Shown: positions 35,302 through 45,759, numbered from the stretch's first letter. The stretch: 58,066 nucleotides of DNA from an uncultured Victivallales bacterium (GCA_964581935.1 CAZORN010000003.1:1-58066); one strand, 5' to 3'. Numbers and translations: made by a program. Notes: generated from the sequence alone by a model not told the origin.

Positions 35302-37350
35302 TCATGCTTTCTCCCAGTTTTCTTTTTCTTCCGCGGAGACGGAACCGTCGTCGTGAATGTCGATCTTCTCTGTTTTCAAGTCACGGAAGAGACGCAAGGC
35401 ATCGCGGATGCCGCCGATTGCGAGCCAGACGGTGCAGACGGTTCCCAGCACGACGGAAAACGCGACCAGCTTCCACCACCAGATTTCACCCCAGATTGCA
35501 TCGGTGATCCAGTTGGTGCAGACGCAGATCGCGGTGACGATGATGAAGAAAAACCAGAAGCCCATGGATTTCACGAAAGTCGCCCAGGCCACGAACTTGT
35601 CGAACTTCGAGAAGTTGTCGGAAATGCCGATGATCTTATGCCAGCTGAAACTGCGGACCGGCTTTCCGTCCGCGGTTTTCGCCGCCGGAACAGCAACCGT
35701 CACATCCTCAGCAATCGCGTAGACTCCGCGGTGAAGAAGTTTGTCCAGATTGTATACGCGCTTCGGCCCCAGCAGAGAAACCACGATGTAGCTGACCACG
35801 GAAATCAGCATCGCAATGAAGAAAATCAGCTGTCCGTTCAGGAAGAATTTAGTCTGATTGGCCAGCAGGAAATGGGAGTCCGGCCAGATTTTGAGAAGGG
35901 CCGGAGCCACCGTTCCGGGCCACATCTGCTGGAGGAGAATGCCGCCGAAGGCCAGAACCGTTCCGACCGTGAGGGCGGTCCACGCCGCCGCGGTCGTGCC
36001 CCGTTTCCAGTAGAGTCCGCCGATGATGACCGATCCGGCGCCGCCCAGATAGATGGCTCCGGTCAGCGCGAAATACATCAGGATGAAGTCTTTCAGCGGG
36101 AACAGGAGACTGAAGGTGAAACCGAAGGCGGCGACGCCGAAGATGGCGAGGCGCAGGAGAATCATGTGTTTTCTGGGTTCCAGCTTTTCCTGTTTGCGGA
36201 AGGGCAGATAGACGTCCTGGATGAAGATGGTGCCCCACGCGTGGAGATAGGTGTCGTCGCAGCTGATGGCGCAGGCGATGATGATGGCGGCGAATAGTCC
36301 CATGACGCCGACCGGCAGGACATGGGTCAGGAAGATCGGAACGATCATCTGGCTCTTGATCATCGGATCGCTGATTTTGGCGATTTCCGCCTGGATCGGA
36401 GCGGCCGTTGCGCTGAGGGCGGGGAGATGCAGCACCGCGTAGGCGACCATCGGAATCAGGAGGATGCACAATCCGCTGGCGATGGTACGCCAGCTCCCGA
36501 GGATTCCGGCCATGACGGCTTCATGGGGCGTCTTGGCCGCGGCGTTGTACCCGGAATTGCCCTGCCACGCGCGGGTGTTGAGGATGGCGCTGAAAATGCC
36601 GATGAGGAAGAACCAGACGTTGAAGTCGGAGACCTGCGAGGTCTTGAAAGGGTTGATCATGGACTGTCCGGACGGCGCGATCGCCAGCCCCGCCATGATG
36701 TCGCTCCAGCGGAAGGAATAGAGAAGGAAGAACATCAGGAACAGGAAAATCATCATCGACAGGATTCCCTGGATGAAGTCTGTGATCATGATGCTGACTT
36801 GTCCGCCGACACACGCGATGAAGAGGGCGATGGAGAGGTAGGAGAACATGACGACCGCCAGCATCGGGACGGAAAATCCGAGAATGCTGACTGTCAGGGG
36901 AAGCCCGAAGAAGTAGATGATGAAACGGGCCGTCACCGCCGGGAAGATACCGTAGTTGAGGATTCCCGCAAGCCAGCAGAGCGTTCCGGCATACAGACGG
37001 AACTTGCGGCTGTAGCGGATTTCAAAGAACTGCGCCAGCGTAAGGGCCCGTGTCTGGCGGAACCGGTACACCACGAATCCCGTCAGGGAGATGAAGAGTC
37101 CTACCGGGATGGACATCAGCGCCCACCACTGCGTCGGCAGCCCCGCCTTGTAAACCATTTCCCATGTTGCGATGATGGAAATGGCTCCGCCGAATCCGCC
37201 CGCCACGGCAAGAAGATAGCGGCCTCCCATGCGGTTGGCCGCCAGAAAATCCGCGACGCTCCGGACGTTTCTCCTGACGTAAAGCGTCAGGATGATAAGC
37301 GATCCGATCAGTACACCGATAATGGTCCAGTCAATCCAATGCAGGTACAT
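35302..37350 (-). CDS. Sodium:solute symporter (SSS/SSF) family transporter
   Basis: 682 aa with about 14-15 TM segments. The N-terminus DWTIIGVLIGSLIILTLYVRRNVRSVADFLAANRMGGRYLLAVAGGF is typical of SSF transporters. The + strand ORFs across it are D/E/R/G-rich shadows. Confidence 0.88.
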   Translation of the reverse strand: MYLHWIDWTIIGVLIGSLIILTLYVRRNVRSVADFLAANRMGGRYLLAVAGGFGGAISIIATWEMVYKAGLPTQWWALMSIPVGLFISLTGFVVYRFRQTRALTLAQFFEIRYSRKFRLYAGTLCWLAGILNYGIFPAVTARFIIYFFGLPLTVSILGFSVPMLAVVMFSYLSIALFIACVGGQVSIMITDFIQGILSMMIFLFLMFFLLYSFRWSDIMAGLAIAPSGQSMINPFKTSQVSDFNVWFFLIGIFSAILNTRAWQGNSGYNAAAKTPHEAVMAGILGSWRTIASGLCILLIPMVAYAVLHLPALSATAAPIQAEIAKISDPMIKSQMIVPIFLTHVLPVGVMGLFAAIIIACAISCDDTYLHAWGTIFIQDVYLPFRKQEKLEPRKHMILLRLAIFGVAAFGFTFSLLFPLKDFILMYFALTGAIYLGGAGSVIIGGLYWKRGTTAAAWTALTVGTVLAFGGILLQQMWPGTVAPALLKIWPDSHFLLANQTKFFLNGQLIFFIAMLISVVSYIVVSLLGPKRVYNLDKLLHRGVYAIAEDVTVAVPAAKTADGKPVRSFSWHKIIGISDNFSKFDKFVAWATFVKSMGFWFFFIIVTAICVCTNWITDAIWGEIWWWKLVAFSVVLGTVCTVWLAIGGIRDALRLFRDLKTEKIDIHDDGSVSAEEKENWEKA

Positions 37351-37785
37351 GTTTTCCTTCTTCTTTTTTAACTATGTTTCAAAATCCACATAAATAATTC
37401 AACACGGCACTTTCCCGGAAACATCCACGGCTTCCGACCTGAAGTGTGATTCGTGCAATCAAAAATCCGTTCAGTCTCTCTGAAGATCTGGCGGAAGTTT
37501 CGCAATGCGGCAGCACTTGACGGAAAAGATATATTGCAGGATCTTGCAACTCCGTCAATAAAGATGTCTAAGATAGCACGGAAGCCGTTTTTTTCAATGG
37601 TGAAATGGAATATTTGTTACCCGGTTTATAAAGAAATGAAGAATCCGATGCCGATATTTATAAATTCGGCAGAGTTTTGCATTTCCGTTCTCGGGAGATG
37701 CCTGAACGGAGCTTTCCGGTGACGCGTGAGCGGACGGAAATGCGTCCCCTCCTTTTTCCCGGGAGGAGACAGTCGGTAAGGCGGA

Positions 37786-39189
37786 TCAGATGACGATCTT
37801 GCCGGGGTTCAGGATGCCTTTCGGATCGAACACCCGTTTGATTCCCTGCATCAGGGCCAGCACTTCCGGAGAGAGCGAGTCTGCCAGATAGGGCTTTTTC
37901 GCAAAACCGATGCCGTGTTCGCCGGAAACCTGTCCGCCGAACGTTTTGGCCTTGTCGTAGAGATCCTTGAACACCGCCGCAAGGGTTTTCTTCCATTGCT
38001 CTTCGGAAAGGGCGTCGCGGAGGGCGTAAATATGGAGATTGCCGTCTCCGGCGTGTCCGAAGGAACGGATGCGCACCCCGTGTTCCTTTTGAAGGGAGGA
38101 CGCGAAGCGGATGAATTCCGCCACATGGCTTCGGGGCACGACCACGTCGCATTCGTCCATTTCAGTGGTGGAGGCCTTGATCGCCTCCAGAAACGCGCCG
38201 CGCGCGGACCAGATGGATTCGTTGCGCTCATCCGTATTGGAGATGAACACGTCCTTGGCTCCGAGCTCGAGACAGCGGTTCGCCACGGCCTGATAGGCAA
38301 GGTCGATCTCCGTTTCGCTCATGCCGTCGAAGGTCAGCAGCAGATAGGCGTCGGCGCTGTTGTCCGGGAACTTGCGGTTCAGGAACTCTTCGGCGGCCAG
38401 GATGACTTCCCGTTCCATGAACTCGACCGCGGTCGGCACGGAACTGGTCCGGATCACATGCGGCACCGCCGAAATCGCGGAATCGAGATCGGGGAAAGGC
38501 ACCAGCAGGCTGATCTTATATTGAGGAAGGGGCAGCAGGCGAAGCGTCAGTTTCGTGATGATTCCGAGCGTTCCTTCGGAGCCGACGAACAGGTCCTTGA
38601 GGTTGTAGCCGGAGCTGTTCTTGACGATCTTTCCGCCCAGCTCGATGATCTTTCCGGAGGGCAGGACCACTTCCATTCCTCGGATGTAGTCGCGCGTGAC
38701 GCCGTATTTCACCGCGCGCATTCCGCCCGCGTTGGTGTTGACGTTTCCGCCGATCGTGGCGGTCTTTTCGCCCGGGTCCGGCGGATAGAACAGCTTGTGC
38801 GCCTCGACATATTTTGACACTTCCATCAGGAGCACGCCCGGTTCCAGCGTCAGGGTCATGTTGACTTCGTCCAGTTCCAGGAAACGGTTCATTCCGCAGA
38901 GGTCCACCATGATTCCTCCGCAGAGTGCCACGGAGGAGCCGACCAGTCCGGTGCCCTGTCCGCGGGGCGTGACGGGAATCGTCTGTTCGTTGGCATATCT
39001 GAGAATGGCGGACACCTCTTCGACGGATTGAACCTTGACCAGCACGTCGGGGGCGTGCCGGACGTCTCCGAGTTCGTCGTGGGAATAGTCTTCGCTGATT
39101 TCGGCGCCGGTCAGAACGCGGTCCGGGGAACACACGGAACGCAGAAAGGCGATGTCGGTCTCGTCGACCTGTTTGAAGGTGCTGATCAT
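37786..39189 (-). CDS. FAD-linked oxidase / D-lactate dehydrogenase (GlcD-like; LctD-type)
   Basis: [14 protein letters not shown] is the PCMH-type FAD-binding motif, and the C-terminus has [10 protein letters not shown]...NPGKI. I place the start at the ATG at 39189, which overlaps the etfA stop as ATGA. The 550-aa track ORF has a spurious R-rich N-terminal extension. Confidence 0.88.
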   Translation of the reverse strand: MISTFKQVDETDIAFLRSVCSPDRVLTGAEISEDYSHDELGDVRHAPDVLVKVQSVEEVSAILRYANEQTIPVTPRGQGTGLVGSSVALCGGIMVDLCGMNRFLELDEVNMTLTLEPGVLLMEVSKYVEAHKLFYPPDPGEKTATIGGNVNTNAGGMRAVKYGVTRDYIRGMEVVLPSGKIIELGGKIVKNSSGYNLKDLFVGSEGTLGIITKLTLRLLPLPQYKISLLVPFPDLDSAISAVPHVIRTSSVPTAVEFMEREVILAAEEFLNRKFPDNSADAYLLLTFDGMSETEIDLAYQAVANRCLELGAKDVFISNTDERNESIWSARGAFLEAIKASTTEMDECDVVVPRSHVAEFIRFASSLQKEHGVRIRSFGHAGDGNLHIYALRDALSEEQWKKTLAAVFKDLYDKAKTFGGQVSGEHGIGFAKKPYLADSLSPEVLALMQGIKRVFDPKGILNPGKIVI

Positions 39190-40376
39190 GGCTGGACTCC
39201 TTTCGAGGCTTTGATCCGTTCGATCAATCCCGGAATGATTTGATAAAGGTCTCCGACGATTCCGATGTGCGCGATGTTGAAGATCGAAGCGTGCGGGTCG
39301 CTGTTGATGGCCACGATCAGTTCGCTGCCGTTCATTCCCGCCGCGAACTGGACTGCGCCGGACACCCCGCAGGTGATGATGAGTTTCGGTTTGACCGTGC
39401 GTCCGGAAAGTCCGATCTGGCGTTTCGGGTCGAGCCACCCGGCTTCGATCACCGCGCGCGTGGAACCGACTTTTCCCCCGAGCAGCGAGGCCAGCTCTTC
39501 GACCATCGCGAGGTCATCCTGTTTCTTGAGGCCGCGTCCGGCGACGACGATCACGTCGGCGTCTTCGATGCCCCGTTCGTTCTGTTTGCGGCGGAGCGAC
39601 AGGAATTCGATTCCGGACGTGAGCTGTTCCGGCGTCAGGCTGCCCCGGACGATCTTCGCTTTCGGCGCGCTCTTTTCCGGCGAGGAGAAAATCTTGTAGC
39701 GGACCGTGGCGAACTGCGGACGGTGCCGGGGCGTGTTGATGTGCGCCATGATGTTGCCGCCGTAGGCCGGCCGTATCTGGTCGAGGTCGGTGCTCGACTG
39801 AATATCGAGGAAGGTGCAGTCCGCCGTCAGCCCCGTATGGAAACGGGCCGCGGCGCGGGGCGCGAGGGAGCGTCCGACGGAAGTGCCTCCGACCAGCACC
39901 ACGGACGGCTGCACCTTGCGGATGAAGTCCTCCAGCGCGGCGCAGAAGGGTTCGATCCGGAAATGTTCGAGTGCGGGATGGTCGTAGAGATGGATTTCGT
40001 CCGGGCCGTATCCGGCGAGTTTTCCGGCGATGGAATCCAGCTTGGACCCGATCACCACGCAATAGACCTTCTGTCCGACTTTCTTCGCCAGTTCGGCGGC
40101 TTTCCCGAGAAGTTCCAGCGTGACCGGGTGGACATCGTTGTCGACCAGTTCGGCGACCACGCTGATTCCCTGCCAGCGGGACTTGTCGACGCCCGGCGCG
40201 GCGTCTTCCACGAATTCGAAAACGCCTCCGCTTTTTTTACAGCAGATGCGGCACATTCTGCAGGCGGCGTTGAGCAGGATTTTCCCGTCGATGTCCTCGA
40301 TCGCGTTGAAGGGACAGAGTTTCAGAAGGGCGGCGCGATCGGTGATCTTTTCCGGATGAATGACGATTTTCGGCAT
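39186..40376 (-). CDS. etfA: Electron transfer flavoprotein alpha subunit with N-terminal ferredoxin-like [4Fe-4S] domain
   Basis: I place the start at the ATG at 40376 ([11 protein letters not shown]...). CPFNAIE plus CRMCRICC are cluster cysteines. The C-terminal [15 protein letters not shown] is the EtfA FAD-binding signature. Confidence 0.88.
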   Translation of the reverse strand: MPKIVIHPEKITDRAALLKLCPFNAIEDIDGKILLNAACRMCRICCKKSGGVFEFVEDAAPGVDKSRWQGISVVAELVDNDVHPVTLELLGKAAELAKKVGQKVYCVVIGSKLDSIAGKLAGYGPDEIHLYDHPALEHFRIEPFCAALEDFIRKVQPSVVLVGGTSVGRSLAPRAAARFHTGLTADCTFLDIQSSTDLDQIRPAYGGNIMAHINTPRHRPQFATVRYKIFSSPEKSAPKAKIVRGSLTPEQLTSGIEFLSLRRKQNERGIEDADVIVVAGRGLKKQDDLAMVEELASLLGGKVGSTRAVIEAGWLDPKRQIGLSGRTVKPKLIITCGVSGAVQFAAGMNGSELIVAINSDPHASIFNIAHIGIVGDLYQIIPGLIERIKASKGVQP

Positions 40377-40381
40377 GACGG

Positions 40382-41185
40382 TCACCTCACTTCGCAAAGG
40401 AATTTTTTGTCGCGGAGAAGGCTGTGAAGGCGTTCGGCAAGTTCGTCGCCGGTGCCTTCCCAATGCTCGTTCACGGCAATCTTTTCGGGCGGGAAAATCC
40501 GTTTGACCTGAGTGGGGGAGCCGTTCAAACCGTAGTGGGTCTCATCGGTGTCATCGAGGTCCTTGAGGGAGAAATAGGTGACGGGACGGTCGGCGGTCGC
40601 CAGTTTCTTCCGGAAGGAGGGAAGGCGCGGTTCGAAGATGCCTTTCTCGACAGTCACCAGACACGGCAGCTGAAGCCGGACGGAGAGCGAATAGAGCGGA
40701 ATGTCGGCTTCGAGGTCGATGGATTTTCCCTCGACGAGGTTCAGAAATTTCGTGACGCTGGTGATGTGCGGAATCGAAAGGAATTCCGCCAGTTCAGAGC
40801 CCACCTGGGCGGTATCGCCGTCGGTGGTCTGTTTTCCGCAGAGGATCAGGTCGAACGGGCCGATCTTGCGGATGCCCTGCGCGAGGGTATAGGCGGTGGC
40901 GAGGACGTCGGCTCCCCCGAATTTGCGGTCGGAAAGGATGAATCCGTCGTCCGCGCCCATCATGAAGGCTTCCCGGACGACTTTTTCGGCCTGCGGCGGG
41001 CCCATGGTGAGCACGGTCACTTTGCCGCCGTAGAGGGCTTTGAGGCGCATGGCGCTTTCGATTGCGAAAAGGTCGAACGGATTCATTTTCGAGGCGACGC
41101 CGTCGCGCTTCAGCACGCCGGTTTTCTCGTCGATCTCGACTTGCGCCGTTCCCGGCACTTGCTTGATACACACAATGATATGCAT
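40382..41185 (-). CDS. etfB: Electron transfer flavoprotein beta subunit
   Basis: I place the start at the ATG at 41185 (MHIIVCIKQVPG...). NPFDLFAIESAMRLK and LILCGKQTTDGDTAQVG are typical of EtfB. Confidence 0.9.
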   Translation of the reverse strand: MHIIVCIKQVPGTAQVEIDEKTGVLKRDGVASKMNPFDLFAIESAMRLKALYGGKVTVLTMGPPQAEKVVREAFMMGADDGFILSDRKFGGADVLATAYTLAQGIRKIGPFDLILCGKQTTDGDTAQVGSELAEFLSIPHITSVTKFLNLVEGKSIDLEADIPLYSLSVRLQLPCLVTVEKGIFEPRLPSFRKKLATADRPVTYFSLKDLDDTDETHYGLNGSPTQVKRIFPPEKIAVNEHWEGTGDELAERLHSLLRDKKFLCEVR

Positions 41186-41213
41186 GTTTTTTCCCCTGCT
41201 TATCTCAATGATT

Positions 41214-42491
41214 TTACGATTTTTTCCTGGCCGCGATGACGGACACGCCGTCCGGAATGACGGCGACTCCTGCCTTGCGTCCGCAAATCTCATAAGCCCG
41301 CGCGAGAGCCTCCTCGAGAGTGGAGGCGGCTTCCAGCTTCATGTTCCGGAGCATCCGGTGATCGCAGTCGGCCGTGACCATGATGACGGTATGTTTCATA
41401 AGGATGCGGGCGAGGATCTGGTATTCCCACTGGTCCGGCTCGGTTTTGTCGCGCGGAATTCCGGCGGCTTCGGCGAGAATCCGCTCCGGCGAAGCATCGC
41501 GGAGATGCTTGTAGAAGGACTCGCCGCCGTGTCCGTCCGAACAACTCGCGCAAAGGATGATGACCCCGTTTTCGCGGCAGACCGCTTCGCCCGCCGTCAT
41601 TCCCTTGACCGCCTGATAGACGTTCTGGTCGAGGGGATACCCGCCGTTGCCCGTGATGACGATCTCCGCTTCCGGGACTTCGATTCGGGCGTATTTTTTC
41701 AGGAATTCCGTGCCCGTCCTATGCGCGGCCCCGGAGTCTCCGGCGAACGCCGCGATGATTTTTTTATCGGCGTCGATCACCACATTCACGATGAACGCCA
41801 GCTTTGCCGCCTTCGCCGCGAAGAGCATGTCCCGGTGGATCGGATTGTCTTCCAGAATTCCCGTACGGGCGTACGGACTCATGATGAATTCGGAACAGTG
41901 GTTTGCCAGCACGGTTTCTCGGGAGGCCACGCCCGGAAGAACGCTTTTGCGGCCTCCGGAAAATCCTGCGAAAAAGTGGGGTTCGATGAAGCCTTCGGCG
42001 ACCAGCAGGTCCGTTTCCGCGGCCAATCGGTTGATGATGAGTGCGCCTCCGGAGGGCAGGGTTCCGAGGAATTTGAGGCGGGACTTGTCGGACGAGTCGT
42101 GAACCGCGATTTTTTCCCGTGCGACGATTTCCCCGCCGAACTTGCCGACCAGTTCCTCCCCCGTGGTGAGACGGTGGAATCCGGTGGCGATCAGAATTGT
42201 AATGTCAATGGTTGGATTATAACGTCGGAGGCGTTCCAGAATCGACGGCATGAGAATGCGGCTCGGAACCGGGCGTGTGTGGTCGCTGCTGATGACCACC
42301 GCATTTTTCGCTGTGCGGGCGAGCTCCTCCAGCGGTTTGCTTCCGATGGGGGCGTCCAGCGCGCGCGACACCTCGGCGGATTCATTTTCAGCCCTCGGCG
42401 GCAGCGATGAATGGAAGATTCCCAGCAGATTTTCGTCTTTCACTTCTGCGGCAAGGCAAGTGCGTCCATACGGAATCCGGATCGTAGCCAT
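41214..42491 (-). CDS. larA: Nickel-pincer-dependent lactate racemase
   Basis: ISSDHTRPVP, ILIATGFHR, EPHFFAGFSGGRKSVLPG and NPIHRDM are blocks conserved in LarA homologues. At 425 aa the length fits. Confidence 0.88.
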   Translation of the reverse strand: MATIRIPYGRTCLAAEVKDENLLGIFHSSLPPRAENESAEVSRALDAPIGSKPLEELARTAKNAVVISSDHTRPVPSRILMPSILERLRRYNPTIDITILIATGFHRLTTGEELVGKFGGEIVAREKIAVHDSSDKSRLKFLGTLPSGGALIINRLAAETDLLVAEGFIEPHFFAGFSGGRKSVLPGVASRETVLANHCSEFIMSPYARTGILEDNPIHRDMLFAAKAAKLAFIVNVVIDADKKIIAAFAGDSGAAHRTGTEFLKKYARIEVPEAEIVITGNGGYPLDQNVYQAVKGMTAGEAVCRENGVIILCASCSDGHGGESFYKHLRDASPERILAEAAGIPRDKTEPDQWEYQILARILMKHTVIMVTADCDHRMLRNMKLEAASTLEEALARAYEICGRKAGVAVIPDGVSVIAARKKS

Positions 42492-42636
42492 GAGATGGAA
42501 GTTCTCCTCGAAATATGATCAAATTCCCCTCAAAACAATTCGCAACTCCTCAATATAGCATGAAGTCCCGGAAAAGAAAAGTTGGAAGCACCGGTTTCTT
42601 GAAAAATATCCCGAGACTCTCCGGCGGACTGGATTC

Positions 42637-44445
42637 TCAACGCTTGCCGCCGGCCTTTGTTTTTCCGGCATCCTTGCTTTTGTCCGGGAGCGGCGTCTGC
42701 TGAATGTCCGGGGACTTGCAGAAGGGGCAGGCCGCGAGTTTTTTCTCAAATTCCACGCATTCTTCCTCGGTCATATTCCGCAGCGGCCAGAGAGAAAGAC
42801 CGAAGACCTTTTTGCATCTGCGGCAGGTGTAGGAAGGCGAAGTCCGGTCATTGCATTTCGGACATTTCACGGTCCGGTAATCGAGCGTGCGCAATGCCTG
42901 CGTATGCCCGTTGTAACAAGTGAATACCGTCAGCGGCCCCTGATGGAAATAAATCGGCTTGACCTCCCGTTTCCCCAGATGGAATCCGCCGAGCAGCAGA
43001 GCGGTCCCCAGAAGAAGGACCGAAAGCGTGCGCTTCGGGCGTCTCAGAAAATATTTGAAAAGAGAAGGCAGATCCTTGATTTCAGGTTCCCGGACGGGCG
43101 GCGGATAATTCGGGATGGAGCGGCTCCGGACGATGGAGGAGGTATCCGTGTTCTTCAGCAGTTCTTTGACTTCCTCTGAATCGTGCTCTTCGCCGCCCTC
43201 CTTGAAACGCTGGTCGGAGTTGAGCATTTTGTCCTGTCCCTGCGGAATTTTTGCCGCGGTCAGGGCGATTCCCTGCGAGAAAATGACTTCGAGGTCGCGG
43301 AGACGCGGCCGGGCGCTTGGCCGGATCGAGGTCATGGCTTCCAGCGTGATGACAAAGTTCTGCGTGAATTTGCCGTCCGGAAGATTCAGGAGTTCCGGCA
43401 TGAAATGGCGTTTTTCCGCAATCAGGTAATGGCAGCCCATGAACGGGTTGGTCCGGGTGGCGAGAGTGTGCATGAGAACGCCGAGGGAATAAATGTCGCT
43501 CCGCGCGGTGAGCGTCACGGACGGAGAAAAAAATTCAGGGCTGGCGTAAGCCGAATCGCCCCAGTAGGGGAAACAGGAATTGTTCAGTGGCGCCTCGACC
43601 AGCGAAACGAGCCCGAAATCGGTCAGGAAACAGATACCGCCGATGCACAGCACATTTTCGGGCTTGATGTTGAAGTGGAGGATCCCAGCGTGTTTCATTT
43701 CAATCAGCGCGCGGACCACGGCGAGCCCGATCCGCTGGATACGGTCTTCCGTGATTTCCTTGTCGCGGAGAATGTCGTAGAGATTTTTCGCTTCGGGCAC
43801 GTCATAGACAAGAAACGGGGTGCCGTCCCAGTCGCCGACCTCGATGAGCTTTGCGAGAAAAGGCGATTCCAGCTGGAGCATCTTGTTCGCTTCCGCAAGA
43901 TATTCGCCGATGACCTCCGGATAATTGAGGATCATCTTCCGGAGCATCTTGAAAGTGACGCTTCTCCCGAGCACGCGGTCGTGCGCCAGGAAAACGGATG
44001 AGCGAAGCCCGATGCCGAGCAGTTTTTTGAGCTCGTATCTTTTTCCGACCACCGTTTTTGTGTTGATGAGGCCGTATGCCTCCACCGTGCGCCGCGCCGC
44101 GGCAATTTCATTCTTGATCGCGTGACGAAGCACGTTGCCGTTCGCCGGCAGCACAACGCAGGAGTCCGCGCCCTCCACCCTGGACTGAACCGCCCCGTCC
44201 GCATTTTCTTCCGGCAGCAGAGCCAGAATGCGGAATTCCCGGTCGCGGCCTCCCGATTCCCGGAAGGCTTTGCATTGCGCAACCGCGTCCTTGTGGGCAA
44301 GAATGACCACATTCGGCTTCAGGGCCAGGATCTGGGCTTCCGTCTTTTCTCCGGGAGAGAAAACAAACCATTTTTCCTTCAGCGGATCCAGAATTCCACT
44401 GAAGGCGGGGCTCTTTTCGTTTTCGGTCGCTATAACTACAATCAT
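42637..44445 (-). CDS. Membrane protein: degenerate receiver domain + Ser/Thr-kinase-like domain (HRD Asp replaced by Asn) + TM helix + Cys-rich zinc-ribbon tail
   Basis: Kinase subdomains are recognisable: LGIGLRSSV, VTFKML, HFNIKPENV (N288 codon AAC at 43671-43669, checked by hand), LTDFGL, ASPEF and DIYSLGVLM. The TM segment is TLSVLLLGTALLLGGFHLG. The tail has CPKC, CRRC and CPFC pairs. The start is uncertain: ATG at 44445 or the track's TTG at 44532. Confidence 0.8.
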   Translation of the reverse strand: MIVVIATENEKSPAFSGILDPLKEKWFVFSPGEKTEAQILALKPNVVILAHKDAVAQCKAFRESGGRDREFRILALLPEENADGAVQSRVEGADSCVVLPANGNVLRHAIKNEIAAARRTVEAYGLINTKTVVGKRYELKKLLGIGLRSSVFLAHDRVLGRSVTFKMLRKMILNYPEVIGEYLAEANKMLQLESPFLAKLIEVGDWDGTPFLVYDVPEAKNLYDILRDKEITEDRIQRIGLAVVRALIEMKHAGILHFNIKPENVLCIGGICFLTDFGLVSLVEAPLNNSCFPYWGDSAYASPEFFSPSVTLTARSDIYSLGVLMHTLATRTNPFMGCHYLIAEKRHFMPELLNLPDGKFTQNFVITLEAMTSIRPSARPRLRDLEVIFSQGIALTAAKIPQGQDKMLNSDQRFKEGGEEHDSEEVKELLKNTDTSSIVRSRSIPNYPPPVREPEIKDLPSLFKYFLRRPKRTLSVLLLGTALLLGGFHLGKREVKPIYFHQGPLTVFTCYNGHTQALRTLDYRTVKCPKCNDRTSPSYTCRRCKKVFGLSLWPLRNMTEEECVEFEKKLAACPFCKSPDIQQTPLPDKSKDAGKTKAGGKR

Positions 44446-44848
44446 GACGTGACACACTCTTGTCGATGGCTGCGGATCGTCCGGCAAATCTTTTCTTCCG
44501 GGTAGTATAGCACCCCATCCGCCTTTCTGCAAATTGTAGAATCCCTTATCTGAAAAGCTTCTGAAATTTATTTGCTATACAAAATTGTCATTTTGGTTTT
44601 ATGAATTACAAAAATGTATCTTTCAGGGGCTTTGACGGATTGATGGAAAAGTCAGGTCACGCCCGGATCGGCCTTGATTCATGTGTGACTTTTAGAATTG
44701 GCACGGGAGTTGCTAAAATAAAAGCGTGTTTCTCACGGAACGCTGTCGGCGTTTCGTTTTTACGCAGGGGAAAATTCCGGTTCCGAGGCGGAAAGCGTCC
44801 GCCGGAAGAAATCCGGTTCTCCTGCGAATGAAAGGAAAAAGCAGAGAA

Positions 44849-45613
44849 ATGAAAAACGGCTTTCTGATCGACATGGATGGCGTGGTCTACAGAGGAAAAA
44901 CCGTCATTCCCGGCGCGTGCGAATTCATCAATATCCTCGTGGACAGGAAAATTCCGTTCACCTTCTTCACCAACAACAGTCAGCGGACCCGTCGCGACAC
45001 CACCATCAAGATGAACCGTCTGGGTTTCAACATCACGGAAAAGCAGGTCTTCAACTGCGCGATGGCGACCGCCCGTTTCCTCAAGCGCCAGAAACCCGAC
45101 GGCACCGCTTTTGTCATCGGGGAAGGCGGACTCCTCCACGCGCTTCATTACAACGGCTACGCCGTGGTGGATTCCGATCCCGATTATGTCATCGTGGGCG
45201 AAGGCCGCACCATGAACATGGAAGCCATCGAAATGGCCGTCAACATGATTTTCAAGGGCGCGAAGCTGATTTCCACCAATCCCGACCCGAATTGTCCGAC
45301 GACCCACGGAATGCGTCCCGGCTGCGGCGCGATCGTGGCCATGCTCGAAGCCGCCACGAGTGTCAAAGCCTTCAGCCTCGGAAAACCCAGTCCCGTCATG
45401 ATGCGCGAAGCCCGCAAGGAGATCGGGCTCACCGCCGAGGAAACCACCGTGATCGGCGACACCATGGAGACCGACATCATGGGAGGCGTCCAGATGGGCT
45501 ACCGGACGATTCTCGTGCTTTCCGGCAACACGAAACGCGAAGATCTTTCGCAGTTCGCCTTCCAGCCCTCCATGGTGGTCGAATCCATCGCGGAGGTCCC
45601 GGTTCCGGAATAA
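44849..45613 (+). CDS. HAD-IIA family sugar-phosphate phosphatase (NagD-like)
   Basis: FLIDMDGVVYRG (DxDG motif I), FFTNNS, GKPSP and IGDTMETDIMGG are present. I trimmed the start to the ATG at 44849. Confidence 0.85.
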   Translation: MKNGFLIDMDGVVYRGKTVIPGACEFINILVDRKIPFTFFTNNSQRTRRDTTIKMNRLGFNITEKQVFNCAMATARFLKRQKPDGTAFVIGEGGLLHALHYNGYAVVDSDPDYVIVGEGRTMNMEAIEMAVNMIFKGAKLISTNPDPNCPTTHGMRPGCGAIVAMLEAATSVKAFSLGKPSPVMMREARKEIGLTAEETTVIGDTMETDIMGGVQMGYRTILVLSGNTKREDLSQFAFQPSMVVESIAEVPVPE

Positions 45614-45727
45614 GAGCGCCTCAGGAAAGGCGTATTTCCGTCTTTGGAAAATTCAGTCGTCCCGCGGCGTTTTGTATTGCGTCAGTCGCTTTTTTCCTTT
45701 TTCTTCTGTTTTTTTCGTGAAGGCGTC

Positions 45728-45755
45728 TTGACAAAGCGGAAAAAATATGTATAAT
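45728..45755 (+). promoter_or_regulatory. Consensus sigma70-type promoter of the LacI/pseudopilin/1119-aa protein operon
   Basis: TTGACA (45728-45733), a 16-nt spacer, then TATAAT (45750-45755). It is 43 nt upstream of the ATG at 45799. Confidence 0.55.
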
Positions 45756-45759
45756 AGAT

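Noticed and set aside
35353-37371. 314-aa and 349-aa + strand ORFs over the symporter gene
   Set aside because: The highly acidic/basic (D/E/R/G) translations lie opposite a 14-15-TM SSS transporter gene. Shadow ORFs.
37453-37722. 89-aa + strand ORF in the AT-rich spacer between the LDH gene and the symporter gene
   Set aside because: It has odd composition and no RBS. It sits where the symporter promoter and the operon terminator are expected, so it is probably non-coding.
37786-39438. N-terminal 83-aa extension of the FAD-LDH ORF, and similar extensions on etfA, etfB, hpt, gmhB, nahK, the HAD-IIA gene and 23337..24170
   Set aside because: The extensions are R/P-rich, overlap the upstream gene and lack an RBS. 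Internal ATGs give canonical family N-termini, often with ATGA coupling or a GGAG-type RBS.
39240-42410. 395-aa (39240..40427), 271-aa (40424..41239) and 456-aa (41040..42410) + strand ORFs
   Set aside because: They are antisense to etfA, etfB and larA, each of which has clear signatures.
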